Source: Spirochaetaceae bacterium
GTDB lineage: Bacteria > Spirochaetota > Spirochaetia > DSM-2461
Direction: 5' to 3'
DNA length: 64,000 nt
Assembly (NCBI GenBank): GCA_051531975.1
Contig: JAOPTT010000006.1
Location: 590,977-654,976 of the forward strand
The translations under genes and the position numbers were made by a program. Of this stretch, positions 28,747-39,685 are shown piece by piece. A model generated the notes under the pieces. The model worked only from the letters and a program-made list of their open reading frames with translations, did no database searches and had not been told where the DNA came from. Within the stretch, counting starts at the first letter, position 1, and each line of letters starts with the position of its first letter.

Positions 28747-30651
28747 GTTTTCTTCATTTTCACATAATTCATCATTAATTTTAATTGTAATAATGATAAT
28801 TAAAGTCAAAAAAATAATATAATTTAATTTATGTTTATCAGAATCCTGATCAGAATGGGAATAAGATCCATGAGAATACATGTTTCTTAACTCTAAGGAA
28901 TTACTAAATTCTTTTTTATTTAAATAATAATTAAAATATTGTTGCTCATCTTGTGAAAATAAACTACTTTCATATCTTAGAAAACCTGACTCAATCATTT
29001 CATTAATTTTTGTTTTCCATCTTTCTGTACAGTTTAAATAATTAATTACATCATAATTATATAAATCACGAATTATTATTATTTTAACAGCATCTGGTAA
29101 AATTATTTGATCATCTTCTGTAAATGATATATAGCCATATCCTTTCAACCACTCTAAATCCTGTTTAACATGTTCACCATAGTCATGTATATATATAGGT
29201 CTTTTAGTTAGTATGTCGAAAAAAGATTTATACTGATGTGTATCATTTTCTAAATAATGAAGAACACATTGATCTGAAAAAAAATAGTAACATATTCTAC
29301 TAAAATCTTTTACATTTGGATATATATATTTCTTTTCAAATAGACTTTTACATTCTTTAAAAAGCAATGGATTAGAAAATAGTTCAAATAATTCTAAATC
29401 AATCTCCTGATCCTCTATATATAGATTATATTTTTTTAAAATCCCCTCAATTTCTGGTGCTATATCTTTACATTTCTGTAAGTAGGTTAAATTCTTTTTA
29501 GGTAAATGAGTTGTAATATTCTGTATATTAAAATTTTCTACTACATATTCAGAATAAAACCATTCTATAACATCTTCTAATTCAATATCATATGAGTTTA
29601 ATAAATCATAATAAGTATATAATTGAATATGTGCAGTCATTTCTTTTTGTTGAAATTCCCAACCAATTTTATAGTGATTTTTTGATCTAATTGTAAATAA
29701 ATCTTCTATTGGTTTTATATCATTTTTATTACTTGTTAAAGTGGTTCTCATTTGATTGTCAACAAAGCAAAATAAATGTATGAAATTATTCAAAATCGTT
29801 GCATTATCAAGATTCTCTTTCAACCAGTTTAAACTGTAGCTAAGTTTTAGTACTTTATCTTCTAATTTTATTTCTACTTCATTCTTTTGATTAGGATCGA
29901 GAATTAAGGAAACACCTGTTTTTATTCCCGTATTATTTTCAAAAAATATCTTAGTCTCAGATTCTATTTTTTTCTTGATTTTTAATCTGATTTTATCAGT
30001 TAGATTAATCATTGGATAAGAATTCATATGTAGAAGTAATTTAAGGTAATTTAAATTTGGTCTATAACTATCTACAAACTTAACGACCATATCATTTACT
30101 TCATCCCTAGTTAGGGATTTAGGTAGAAATAAAGGTTTTGTATATATATCATTTATTTCTAGTATTTTCACTAATAATATTATATTGTGAGGTTTTTGTA
30201 TAAAGTATTGTTTAATGGGTGAATCATAACTATTTACAAGTTTCTTTTCTCTAAGTAATTCACTAACTTCTGGTTGAGATTCCATTATGAAATCACTAAA
30301 TTGATCACTTTTAATTTTTTTTGGTAGATTATATTCTGAAAAGAAAGTCCAAAAATCCTCTTTTAGACTTTCTTCAACATTATCATATATTACAGAAAGA
30401 TTAAGATCAGATGTGATGTTTCTCAGATATGTATTTATTGTTGCTATTATTTTTTTTATTTTAGTAGAACACCATCTGTCTATAATTCCTGCTTTTACAT
30501 ATCTATGAATATTATATAATTCCAGGATATCATTTATTGTAATATTGCTATCTTCAATGTTTTGATTATTAATTATTTTATCAGAATTATTTAAATGATA
30601 AGATCTGGCTAAATCATTTTCAGCTAGAAACTTTATTCTTGTCTTTGTCAT
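28741..30651 (-). CDS. 636-aa protein with C-terminal HEPN-like motif
   Basis: N-x-LELRNMYSHG (RxxxxH) followed by a terminal hydrophobic helix. Confidence 0.6.
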   Translation of the reverse strand: MTKTRIKFLAENDLARSYHLNNSDKIINNQNIEDSNITINDILELYNIHRYVKAGIIDRWCSTKIKKIIATINTYLRNITSDLNLSVIYDNVEESLKEDFWTFFSEYNLPKKIKSDQFSDFIMESQPEVSELLREKKLVNSYDSPIKQYFIQKPHNIILLVKILEINDIYTKPLFLPKSLTRDEVNDMVVKFVDSYRPNLNYLKLLLHMNSYPMINLTDKIRLKIKKKIESETKIFFENNTGIKTGVSLILDPNQKNEVEIKLEDKVLKLSYSLNWLKENLDNATILNNFIHLFCFVDNQMRTTLTSNKNDIKPIEDLFTIRSKNHYKIGWEFQQKEMTAHIQLYTYYDLLNSYDIELEDVIEWFYSEYVVENFNIQNITTHLPKKNLTYLQKCKDIAPEIEGILKKYNLYIEDQEIDLELFELFSNPLLFKECKSLFEKKYIYPNVKDFSRICYYFFSDQCVLHYLENDTHQYKSFFDILTKRPIYIHDYGEHVKQDLEWLKGYGYISFTEDDQIILPDAVKIIIIRDLYNYDVINYLNCTERWKTKINEMIESGFLRYESSLFSQDEQQYFNYYLNKKEFSNSLELRNMYSHGSYSHSDQDSDKHKLNYIIFLTLIIIITIKINDELCENEENI

Positions 30652-30879
30652 AATTAATTACTCCTTAATTCCATAATAACTATTGAAACAAATGCAATCA
30701 ATAAAAATTTAATTAAACTAATGTTTTGAAATACATCAAACATATTATTTGAATAATTTTCTATATATCATTTTGAATTACCCTTTCCGCAATACATTGT
30801 TATATATAACCAATGCAATTTACATATAAGTGTAATATACTTATGCAGCTATTTTAAATAAAGAAAACTTATCTACTAA

Positions 30880-31314
30880 TTACTCTAAAATTTTATTACT
30901 TTTTATTTCATCTTTATAAGCATATCTGAAATTGATTGGTGGTGGTGTGTTTTTGCACATGTATAATACTTCATTTATATCAAGGAAATTATCTGCAAAC
31001 ATATCTAAATCAATCTGATCTGTTCTATGTGAGAAAATTATTTTTTTTCTGAGAGCTTTTGCATATCCAATCTCTATGCTTACCATTCTTCCTATGTGTT
31101 TGTCAGGAGCTAAAATATAAATAATTTCTGAAGATCTAATTTTTGAAAAATGATTATTCTGCAATTCTTTCCTAATTTCTGTCGTCATACCTGAATCAGG
31201 AATTTTAAAATCTAGATTAGGGAAAAGTGCAACTATTTGATTCTGTTTGAAGAGACCCATTAGCTCGCGCATTTTAGATGCATTTTTCATACTAGAACAT
31301 ATTGTTATTTTCAT
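30880..31314 (-). CDS. Nucleoside 2-deoxyribosyltransferase-like protein
   Basis: KITICSSM...H-x-x-KI-x-x-S-x-x-IYI...IG-x-x-V-x-x-EIGYA-x-x-L-x-K. Confidence 0.65.
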   Translation of the reverse strand: MKITICSSMKNASKMRELMGLFKQNQIVALFPNLDFKIPDSGMTTEIRKELQNNHFSKIRSSEIIYILAPDKHIGRMVSIEIGYAKALRKKIIFSHRTDQIDLDMFADNFLDINEVLYMCKNTPPPINFRYAYKDEIKSNKILE

Positions 31315-31855
31315 TCATTCTCCATTCTGTAAAAACAATAACACCTAACTCTATCAATTACACAATACTACTTTATTGCTCTCAATATTCTATGATATTC
31401 TTTATTAACAGTAAAATACTTTTTCTAATATTTTTTATGGTTATTATCAATTTTACCACCATATCTGGTGGCATTTAACATATGACATCACTGGTATTCT
31501 TTATAACAATATAAATTACCTTTTAATTCTAACGCACTATATTTCAACAAATACAGTTTACATAACAGTGTAGGATTCACATATGGAGAAAATATACTTA
31601 TACAGCTATTTACCAATATAGGACTTATAGGTGTAAGCAGGACTATAAACACCTAATGATCACTTTATTACTTACATTAATATTCTCAGTTGCCTATTGA
31701 AGGGTGGTGGGGGGGCTAGAGGGAAGTAACCTCTGGCTAGTCGATTTATATGGTGACCTCTATTTTATTTAGCAACATTAACACTTCCTAATTATCATTA
31801 TGATCAGTCTATGTAATATTTATTCAACTACTATATTCTAATTTTAATCTAAATT

Positions 31856-33331
31856 TTACATATCTGATATTTCTATAGCTTTCTTTTGTTGTTCAAAATT
31901 TATTTCATTTGAGTTTTTTAAGTTTAAATTAATGAATTTAGGGAATTGAGCAATTGTGAGCAGTGTTACCACAAGTGTTAATCCAATTACAGCATACTGT
32001 ATTTTAATATTTATTTTTTGATATTGCTCATTAATTCTATTATTAAGTATTACACTATCTTTATTAGCTAATTTTTTTATTTGATTCAATTTTTTATCTA
32101 TTAGTACTGTAATTCTTTCTTTATATAATCCAACTTTTTCTGACAATAAATTATAATCTAATAAATTATATTCTAGTTCATTGAGAAATATACCATTTTT
32201 ACATGACCATTCTTTATCTTTAGACCAATTATTGAAGAAATAATCTAAATCTGAGCTTATTTTTAATACTTCATTATTTATCTTAAATAGTCTTTTTCTT
32301 TCTCTTCTTTTGTTTTCATCAATTTGGAATAGCTCATTTTCAATTTGATAAATACCATTACTATTTATATCTATTATATTTTGATATAATTCTAACCTTA
32401 ATATATCTTTCTGGTTTGCATTTAAATCATCTGAAGTAAATAGACGTAGTATTTTCCCTTCTTTATCTCCAAATCTAAATAAATATTTTGAATAATCTTC
32501 CTTGAACCATTTATCTAACATAGGATAACTTGAAGTATGGAAAATTGATAAATAATCATCACCTCTCCTATCAATATGAATATTATTAATTCTTGAGTAG
32601 TCATTTTTTATATCAACAAAAGAATATTCTTCGAGTATTGGTCTATTGTAGTGTGTTTTAGCTAACACACCTAGAAAGTTACTTGTAATAAACGATTCTA
32701 TTTCAGCATAAAGTTTGTAATTTAATCTCTCTATTTTATCTCTTTTAATATTTTCACCTGGAATTGTACGAAGTTTCCGTTTGAATAAACTTATATTTTT
32801 ATTTTTGGGTGTTATTATTTCAACTTCATTATTTATTAAAGGAGCAGAATATTGAAATATTAGATATTTAAAATAATCAGAAGGGATAAAAGTAAAATAT
32901 AAAAATATTTTTGAGTTGTCTAGAACTTCTAACTTTAAAGATACTGAATCTAAGTAGTCTGTAGTTTCTTTTAAAAGCAATTCAAATCCATATAGTGTAA
33001 AAAATGTTCTTCCTGAGTTATTTTGAATTTTATATATAATATTTTCTATTTCATCATCATAATCACGATATAAGTCTGTACCAATATTATTTGTTATTAA
33101 TTCTGATAATACTTCTAACATCTCCTTAAATTTATTTATATCTATTAGATTATATACTTCTAGAGTTGTAAAACATTTTGGTGATATAGATTGGTTTATT
33201 TTTTTATTATTTAAACTCGTCTCAGAAATTACATTATTTCTAATTCTATTTATCCATTTTAAATAATGAATATGACTATTTAAAAAATTATTTTTAGAGA
33301 GTGTAAGCATTACTTTTTCAGGTATTGTCAT
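31856..33331 (-). CDS. Hypothetical protein with C-terminal coiled coil and TM helix
   Basis: 491-aa ORF; IQYAVIGLTLVVTLLTIAQF TM segment. Confidence 0.7.
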   Translation of the reverse strand: MTIPEKVMLTLSKNNFLNSHIHYLKWINRIRNNVISETSLNNKKINQSISPKCFTTLEVYNLIDINKFKEMLEVLSELITNNIGTDLYRDYDDEIENIIYKIQNNSGRTFFTLYGFELLLKETTDYLDSVSLKLEVLDNSKIFLYFTFIPSDYFKYLIFQYSAPLINNEVEIITPKNKNISLFKRKLRTIPGENIKRDKIERLNYKLYAEIESFITSNFLGVLAKTHYNRPILEEYSFVDIKNDYSRINNIHIDRRGDDYLSIFHTSSYPMLDKWFKEDYSKYLFRFGDKEGKILRLFTSDDLNANQKDILRLELYQNIIDINSNGIYQIENELFQIDENKRRERKRLFKINNEVLKISSDLDYFFNNWSKDKEWSCKNGIFLNELEYNLLDYNLLSEKVGLYKERITVLIDKKLNQIKKLANKDSVILNNRINEQYQKINIKIQYAVIGLTLVVTLLTIAQFPKFINLNLKNSNEINFEQQKKAIEISDM

Positions 33332-33648
33332 TAAATAACTTTCTCCTAAATAATAAAGTTTAAAATATAATAATTTAATTTTGAACTATAGTATATATTT
33401 ACTGATATTCTATTAATCACTTTCATGTTATATATATAACATAAGATTTCATAACCCTTCTGATAAGTATAGATTCATTATCCTTAATTTTCGACTAATC
33501 AGCTCCATTATATCCAAGGCATCTAATTCTATTAACTCACGACAAATACCGATTGTACATATACCAAAAGTTATATTTTTGGCTATTTATTGGCTAAAAA
33601 CAGTCTTAATTCAAAAAAAGAAGAGTAATTACTCCCTTCTTTAATATT

Positions 33649-33843
33649 TTAATCCTCCTCTGGTAACATAACCGTTATCACAGGTACAGCAGCAGTATCT
33701 TCTGGACCAATAATAGATTTTATCTTAACTGTCTTTGATCCAACTTTACCTGTAAAAACACATTGAGATACAGTGTCACTTTTAAGTATCTTACTTGTAT
33801 AATGAAGTTGTATTAAGATATCCCAAATCCTCCTGAAACTACT
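33649..33843 (-). pseudogene. 3' half duplicate of the gene at 35509-35898
   Basis: RIWDILIQLH...GSKTVKIKSIIGPEDTAAVPVITVMLPEED* versus RIWDVLMHLH...GSKTVKIKSLIGPGDTAEPVITVMLPEED*; no start codon. Confidence 0.85.
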
Positions 33844-33912
33844 TTTAATTTTTTAACCAACCTTATAATCAGGGAGTAAATATATCCAGATGAAATCTAC
33901 TATTTTCAATAT

Positions 33913-35328
33913 TTACTTCGTGTTTAGTTTATGCAAAACCTCTTTCTCCATATCTAGAATTGGTAATTCAAGGTAGGATATTTTATTTGTATTGTAGTTA
34001 TAGTAAGCTTGATAAAAACTAAATTCTTTTCTATTATCTGCCAAACATTTCTTTTTTATTACTTCAATCATCTTCAATTTATCTTCTTTTAATGTTTTAA
34101 TTCCAAATATTATACCGTCTAATTGATTAAAGTCATATCTATGTAATCGGTCACTATTAACATTACTATTCCAATAGTCATTTATAACTAATCTATATTC
34201 GTCTTCATTGCTCCAATCAGGATCTTTTCTTGTTGATATTTCTTTTAGTAATTGCTTAAATCTTTCACTCCAAAGATCTTTGTCATTTTGATATTCTTCT
34301 AAGTATTCATGTTTCTTTCCTTTATCATTTGTGTACCAGATCTCCGATGATAATTCTGGAGTAAGTAGTTTAAACGAAAATTTAAAGAAATCAATTTCCT
34401 TTAGTCCAATTTCATAATTAATTTTGTGGAGTTCCATATCCATAAAGTCAGATATTTTTACATTTCTTTCTTGATGGTGATTCACCGATAAAAAAAGTCT
34501 ATCGTCTATTTTTTTAGGTTTAAATTTTAGACAAACACCTTTGTGTGATTCACCATAATATCCCCATAAAGATGGACTATCACACTTATTCATAAAACAG
34601 GAAATATTAAAATCAGGAGTAGAATATTTTTCTAATGCGTCAATATATTGTGAAGGGAAATCCAATTTCAAAAAAACTAATTCTTTATTATATTTATGGT
34701 TATTTATAGAATGAAAATTATTTTGATATTCGTAAATTTGATTTATCATTGAATACATATATTTTCTATTATGATGGTTCAAAAGATTATTTTTTTCATA
34801 TTCTAAAGATTTTGTTATTTCTTCCAAATTAAACCTTTCTACAAGACGATCAAAACCCAAAGACTCTTTAAGTATAGATTCTTCAGGGAATTCTACATCA
34901 ATTATTGCCTTACACACTATTGGGTGAAATAATCTAAAGTAAGATATTAATTCATCTCTTCTAATTCTGTTATTTTGAGTAGATAAAAATTCTAAAAGTT
35001 TACAGGTTATAGGATTTTTAAAAAAATTATTCTCAATTATTTTTAATAGATTTAAAGGTCTATGCTTATGTCTGTTTTGTGATGTTGGAATACAAATTTC
35101 GAACAATTCTGTACGATTCAAATCAAGTAGATAAGAAGTTAGTTTTTCTTCAAGAATTGTAATATAGTTTTTTAGTAAATTTTCCCATAAGAATATATCT
35201 CCATTCCAAATAAAATCAATATATCCTTCCATTGGATCATTTTGATCAATAGTAGATGCAAAATATATTTCAGACTTTTCCAATTCTCCTCTATCTAGTA
35301 AGTTTTTAATACTTCTAAATCTATACAC
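33913..35328 (-). CDS. DUF2971-domain protein
   Basis: YRFR, NDPMEG, ISCF...LWGYYGESHKGVCLKF, K-x-x-DW-x-x-E-x-EYR, GIIFG. Confidence 0.85.
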   Translation of the reverse strand: MYRFRSIKNLLDRGELEKSEIYFASTIDQNDPMEGYIDFIWNGDIFLWENLLKNYITILEEKLTSYLLDLNRTELFEICIPTSQNRHKHRPLNLLKIIENNFFKNPITCKLLEFLSTQNNRIRRDELISYFRLFHPIVCKAIIDVEFPEESILKESLGFDRLVERFNLEEITKSLEYEKNNLLNHHNRKYMYSMINQIYEYQNNFHSINNHKYNKELVFLKLDFPSQYIDALEKYSTPDFNISCFMNKCDSPSLWGYYGESHKGVCLKFKPKKIDDRLFLSVNHHQERNVKISDFMDMELHKINYEIGLKEIDFFKFSFKLLTPELSSEIWYTNDKGKKHEYLEEYQNDKDLWSERFKQLLKEISTRKDPDWSNEDEYRLVINDYWNSNVNSDRLHRYDFNQLDGIIFGIKTLKEDKLKMIEVIKKKCLADNRKEFSFYQAYYNYNTNKISYLELPILDMEKEVLHKLNTK

Positions 35329-35508
35329 TATAAACCTCTATAAACCGAATTATACTGAATGATATAAAAGATAATTCAGTATAATTGTTAGATTATGTAA
35401 AAGATACTTAAAGGTCAAACAGTTTTATATTTATAAGTAGAACACTAAAGTAAGCATTGAAATTTATTTTAATTATATAAAAAAGAGAGCCACACCTCTC
35501 TCTTCCCT

Positions 35509-35898
35509 CTAATCCTCTTCAGGTAACATAACCGTTATCACAGGTTCAGCAGTATCTCCTGGTCCTATTAAAGATTTAATCTTAACTGTCTTTGATCCAT
35601 CTTTAGTAGCAAACACTACATTTACAAATACAGTATTACCATTAGCACCTTTACTAGCTAAATGTAAATGCATCAATACATCCCAGATCCTCCCGGAACT
35701 ACTCTGTCCCATCCTTTTACTATATTCATCTGGTTCTATCCAATTAGCGTATAAAGTATGAGTTACAGCAACAGGAACTTTAAAACCTGCTTCTTTTGCC
35801 ATAACAGATATATCTAATAAAAATCCATCAGCTATAGCCATCTCTCTTGTATATACAGATATAGGTTCTCCAAATATTTCTCTCATTGATTCACTCAT
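35509..35898 (-). CDS. Mobile-element conserved protein, DUF6573-like
   Basis: YTR-x-x-AIADG-x-L-x-D...EAGF-x-x-PVA...GRIWDVL...GPGD-x-x-EPVITVMLPEED. Confidence 0.75.
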   Translation of the reverse strand: MSESMREIFGEPISVYTREMAIADGFLLDISVMAKEAGFKVPVAVTHTLYANWIEPDEYSKRMGQSSSGRIWDVLMHLHLASKGANGNTVFVNVVFATKDGSKTVKIKSLIGPGDTAEPVITVMLPEED

Positions 35899-35976
35899 TT
35901 TTTTATCCTTATTTAGGTAAAATAGTTAATTACCCCTGAGATTTCTCCCAAGGATATATAATTATTCTTTTGTTAT

Positions 35977-36195
35977 TTAGTCACTATCTTTTACAAGTTC
36001 TAAACGCTTTATCTCAGTCTCTACTTTACTTGCTAAAGTGTATGTTCTAGACTCTAATTTTTCTTGATGACTCCAATATGTCGTATTAGGTATCTGATTT
36101 AGAACTTCTAAACAATCCCGAAGTATTTCAATTGTTTCTTTCATAAAACACCCCTCATTCTGTATGTCTCGAAGAAATTCCATCATCAAGGACAT
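35977..36195 (-). CDS. Hypothetical protein
   Basis: In operon; real start probably MKETIE (36144) after GAGGGG. Confidence 0.55.
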   Translation of the reverse strand: MSLMMEFLRDIQNEGCFMKETIEILRDCLEVLNQIPNTTYWSHQEKLESRTYTLASKVETEIKRLELVKDSD

Positions 36196-36385
36196 CCATA
36201 GCTTTCTGAATAGAGTCCTTTAGGTTTCTACTCTCTATAGCTATGTCATGAACTACATCTATAATCTTCACTTTCTCCAGCCACTTTACATATTGAGGTA
36301 AGTTCTTTTTAGTTATATCCAGATCAGTCTCAGCCTTAAACAGCATACGAAGTTTATCTTTTCCTATATCCATAACATCCCCCAC
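36155..36385 (-). CDS. Hypothetical protein
   Basis: Abuts the ardC stop on the same strand. Confidence 0.6.
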   Translation of the reverse strand: MGDVMDIGKDKLRMLFKAETDLDITKKNLPQYVKWLEKVKIIDVVHDIAIESRNLKDSIQKAMDVLDDGISSRHTE

Positions 36386-37272
36386 TACGAAGCAGTCTTA
36401 GCAACTTCTTCTTTAATAACAGAATGATCAATTACATACTTATAAGCTTTCTCTGCTTTTGATGTAGCCGAAGTAAACAACCTGCTATTCTCTTTTATCT
36501 TTTTCAACCAGTACCCAATGTAAGCTGAGTTATTATCAACAACATCTTTAATGATCCCAGCATCATAAGACAGATAAGCACTTCCAATCTCAGCAATTAA
36601 CTCTTCAACAGATCTAAACTCAATGTTGTCCTCTATAGTTAACCTATCGAGCCTAGAACTATGACCAGTAGAATGGATCAACTCATGAAACCACGTAGAA
36701 TAGAACTCTTCCACAGTCTCAAATTGACCTTTTGGAGGTAGTTTAATTAGGTCAGCCTTGGGATAGTAAAGGGGGTTATAGGAGACACCTGTCGAAACAT
36801 CAGGCATTTCACTATAGTTTCTAAGGATTTCCTCAGCTCTTTCAAGTGGAACAAACTCTCTCTGTTCTAACTCTAAAGAGTTTAATATTATTTGCTCTTT
36901 AGTAGTCAGCTTAATATCTTCACACTGATCCAAATGAAAGACCGTATAGTACCGTAGAATAAAGTAAGGCTTTTTATCCTCATCTTCTTCATTATCAATT
37001 CTCTTGAAGAATACTACTGGGAATCCTTTCTCACCTTTCTTGATATATCCACCTCTAGCATCAGCTTGCTTGTAGGTTAGAAAATATGGAGAAGTATCAT
37101 ATTGCATCGCAAGGCAACTCAAGAGTATCTGGTTAATACCACTGTAAACCCTACCACTAGATAAGCTCATAGGTGGAAGTCCTTGTTGAGACTTCCACAG
37201 TTTCTGCCAAGGAATAACACCTTCTTTAAGTTTATCTGTAATAATTTTATTCACCATGTCATACACACTCAT
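36385..37272 (-). CDS. ardC: ArdC-family antirestriction ssDNA-binding protein
   Basis: IPWQK-x-W, YSGIN, TYKQA-x-x-x-GG-x-IKKGEKG, YTVF; zincin-like HELIHSTGH-x-x-RL-x-R, EELIAEIGSA. Confidence 0.92.
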   Translation of the reverse strand: MSVYDMVNKIITDKLKEGVIPWQKLWKSQQGLPPMSLSSGRVYSGINQILLSCLAMQYDTSPYFLTYKQADARGGYIKKGEKGFPVVFFKRIDNEEDEDKKPYFILRYYTVFHLDQCEDIKLTTKEQIILNSLELEQREFVPLERAEEILRNYSEMPDVSTGVSYNPLYYPKADLIKLPPKGQFETVEEFYSTWFHELIHSTGHSSRLDRLTIEDNIEFRSVEELIAEIGSAYLSYDAGIIKDVVDNNSAYIGYWLKKIKENSRLFTSATSKAEKAYKYVIDHSVIKEEVAKTAS

Positions 37273-38173
37273 TTTTCAGACCTCCATCCATTAACTTTTG
37301 TGCATACTCTTTTAGGTAAGATCCATCGGGCAGGATTTCACTAACAGCTAAAAGCCTCTCTTTAAATGGGAAGAAATTACTCATCTCAACATCAATATCA
37401 GCACCCCAGTCATCAAGCTTTTTTTGGATAAGTAATGCATCAATCTGGAGATAATTTTTACCATCTTCAGATTTAGAACCACCTTTTCCCCTACCCGGAA
37501 CCTTGAAGTCATCCTTAACTTTATTGACTACTTCAACCTTCTTATCAGACTTCCCGGAACCTTGTTTCTCCTTATCCAGTAAAGACTTATACGCACCATT
37601 AATAGTCAACATTCCTGCTCTAATAGACTCCTTAGTCTTATCAGATCCTCTGTTTATTACAGTGATGTATTTCTGGGCAGTACCAATAGAGACTGATAAT
37701 ATTTCAGCTAACTCGTTCTTTTTTCTACCACTCTTTTTTACACCGTGACCAACGTTGTTCACATAGGTTTCTGAAAACTGGAATCTATCTGCATCTGTTA
37801 GATTTCTTCTCTTGAACTGAAGCCCGTATGCATATCGAAGAGCAGAATCAACATCTTCAAAATTTTCATAGATTACAACGACATCTTTTATACCTGCTTT
37901 CTTAGCAGCTTCACATCGAGTATGTCCATCTATTAACATGTTTGTTTCTGTCCAGATAATTACTGGTTGAGAAACATCAAATCCATTTACTTTCATGTCC
38001 TCTGTAATTGATTTAAGTGTCTCTGGATTAATTGGGAACAGATCTACAAATGGCGTACCCTTTTTGATATCCTTTAATTTTATTGTCTCGTAACCATTAC
38101 TTTTAATTTTGAGTGGCTTCTTAACTTTTGAAGACGGTTTTATCCTGTCTTTTAATTTAGTTATAGCATTCAC
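37259..38173 (-). CDS. ParB/Srx N-terminal domain protein with HTH
   Basis: PVIIW...LIDGHTR-x-x-AA, RRNL, ELAEILSVS. Confidence 0.85.
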   Translation of the reverse strand: MNAITKLKDRIKPSSKVKKPLKIKSNGYETIKLKDIKKGTPFVDLFPINPETLKSITEDMKVNGFDVSQPVIIWTETNMLIDGHTRCEAAKKAGIKDVVVIYENFEDVDSALRYAYGLQFKRRNLTDADRFQFSETYVNNVGHGVKKSGRKKNELAEILSVSIGTAQKYITVINRGSDKTKESIRAGMLTINGAYKSLLDKEKQGSGKSDKKVEVVNKVKDDFKVPGRGKGGSKSEDGKNYLQIDALLIQKKLDDWGADIDVEMSNFFPFKERLLAVSEILPDGSYLKEYAQKLMDGGLKNECV

Positions 38174-38245
38174 AATAATGCCCCCTGTTTGAGATATTTA
38201 ATTTTTGTGCTTTGATTTATTGTTGGGTAGAACTACCCGGAACTG

Positions 38246-39166
38246 TTAAACGACTTTAACTTCAATGCTGGCAAGTGTACCTAAGACATGTTCATTCATC
38301 TCAATAACCTTGTTGCCAGTTGTATCATTAACTATCTGATCAATAATCCATTGGAAGTGAGTATTACTAAAAAGATCCTTACTCTTTTTCATTAACTTTT
38401 GAAGTTCATGATGGGCATCACTCTCTATAGGAAATAGAGGTTTTGTAGAATCATGAACAACGTTGTTCACAGGTCTTTGTAACTTTGGTTCCTGGATATC
38501 TTCTACACCCTCAGATAACCAGTCCTTCATAGCTTTACCAAAATCTTCTCCAGGCTTCTCTATAATAGCGTCTTGAAACTTCCCTGTTCTATCTTTAATT
38601 ACTTCACCAATATGATCCGTAGATAATTGCATAAGAAGGTCAAACTCATACTCAATACCTTTACCCTGGGACGGTGCAAGACTGACTCGAACAGGTTTTG
38701 TTTTTCCATTTTGAACCTCTGTTGTCCACTCAGTCTTGCAGCGCATAGTTGAGATGATGTGTCCATCAAAGTTGAGAATTGCATTAACTAAAGCTTTCTG
38801 TTTTGGTGTACCTTCACTCCATGCACTCCAAGTGTTACCTCGATATTTTGCTCTAGCTATACGATCTACTTCCTCTAGTAGTTCTTGCCAACCGTGAGAT
38901 AAGGAATCTATAATTAAGTTGTCATAGTTCCGGGCCTCCCTTATTAGCTTGATATAGTTCTCTATTGATGGTTTAGGTAACTCACATACATCAAAACTGA
39001 ACCTGTCAGCATACTTACTGGCTGATCCCTTCTCACTATCAATAACAGCTATTGAACCACCCATACCCGTAGCTATTCGTAATGCTGTAAATGTCTTACC
39101 ACCACCTGATGGACCAAACAGTGCTAACCTTAATTTGCTTTGTTTCTTAGATGCTCTTTTAAACAT
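38246..39166 (-). CDS. AAA_24 / Sak4-like ATPase
   Basis: GPSGGGKT, VIDSE-x-GS, LIIDSLSH-x-W, EYEFD, KDRT. Confidence 0.85.
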   Translation of the reverse strand: MFKRASKKQSKLRLALFGPSGGGKTFTALRIATGMGGSIAVIDSEKGSASKYADRFSFDVCELPKPSIENYIKLIREARNYDNLIIDSLSHGWQELLEEVDRIARAKYRGNTWSAWSEGTPKQKALVNAILNFDGHIISTMRCKTEWTTEVQNGKTKPVRVSLAPSQGKGIEYEFDLLMQLSTDHIGEVIKDRTGKFQDAIIEKPGEDFGKAMKDWLSEGVEDIQEPKLQRPVNNVVHDSTKPLFPIESDAHHELQKLMKKSKDLFSNTHFQWIIDQIVNDTTGNKVIEMNEHVLGTLASIEVKVV

Positions 39167-39180
39167 ATTTGTCTCCCTTA

Positions 39181-39612
39181 TTATTTAGTTGATTCAATAC
39201 TTCTTTCCGAATTTTCTGTAAAACTGTAATAATTGTTTTTTGAAATTATGATGTGATCTATAACTTTAATTCCTATTAGCTCACCTGCATCAACTAGTCT
39301 TTGAGTTACTGCTTTGTCTTCTGGACTTGGATCTGTATTACCGCTTGGGTGATTGTGAACTAGTATTACGGATGCAGCATTATCTAAAATTGCTTGCTTG
39401 AAAACTTCTCTAGGGTGTATTAACGTTCTATTTAGGATTCCTATTGAAATTAATCTGACTCCTATAACTTGATGTGAACCATCTAAGGTTGCTACTATGA
39501 AATGTTCTTTCTCTAAACATCTATACCTTTTAAGACATGGTAATAAGTCTGTTGGATAGGAAATTTTAACTTCAAACTTCTCTGTTCTCTCACTAATAAT
39601 TTGATATTTCAT
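39181..39612 (-). CDS. radC: RadC-like JAB-domain protein, intact motif
   Basis: EHF, HPREVF, HNHPSG-x-x-x-PS-x-ED, DHIII. Confidence 0.93.
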   Translation of the reverse strand: MKYQIISERTEKFEVKISYPTDLLPCLKRYRCLEKEHFIVATLDGSHQVIGVRLISIGILNRTLIHPREVFKQAILDNAASVILVHNHPSGNTDPSPEDKAVTQRLVDAGELIGIKVIDHIIISKNNYYSFTENSERSIESTK

Positions 39613-39685
39613 TCAAACACTCCTCTGTTTATAAATAAAATAAGCAGGCAACGACCTGCTTTAACTTGTGATTTTTGTTCTTTAT

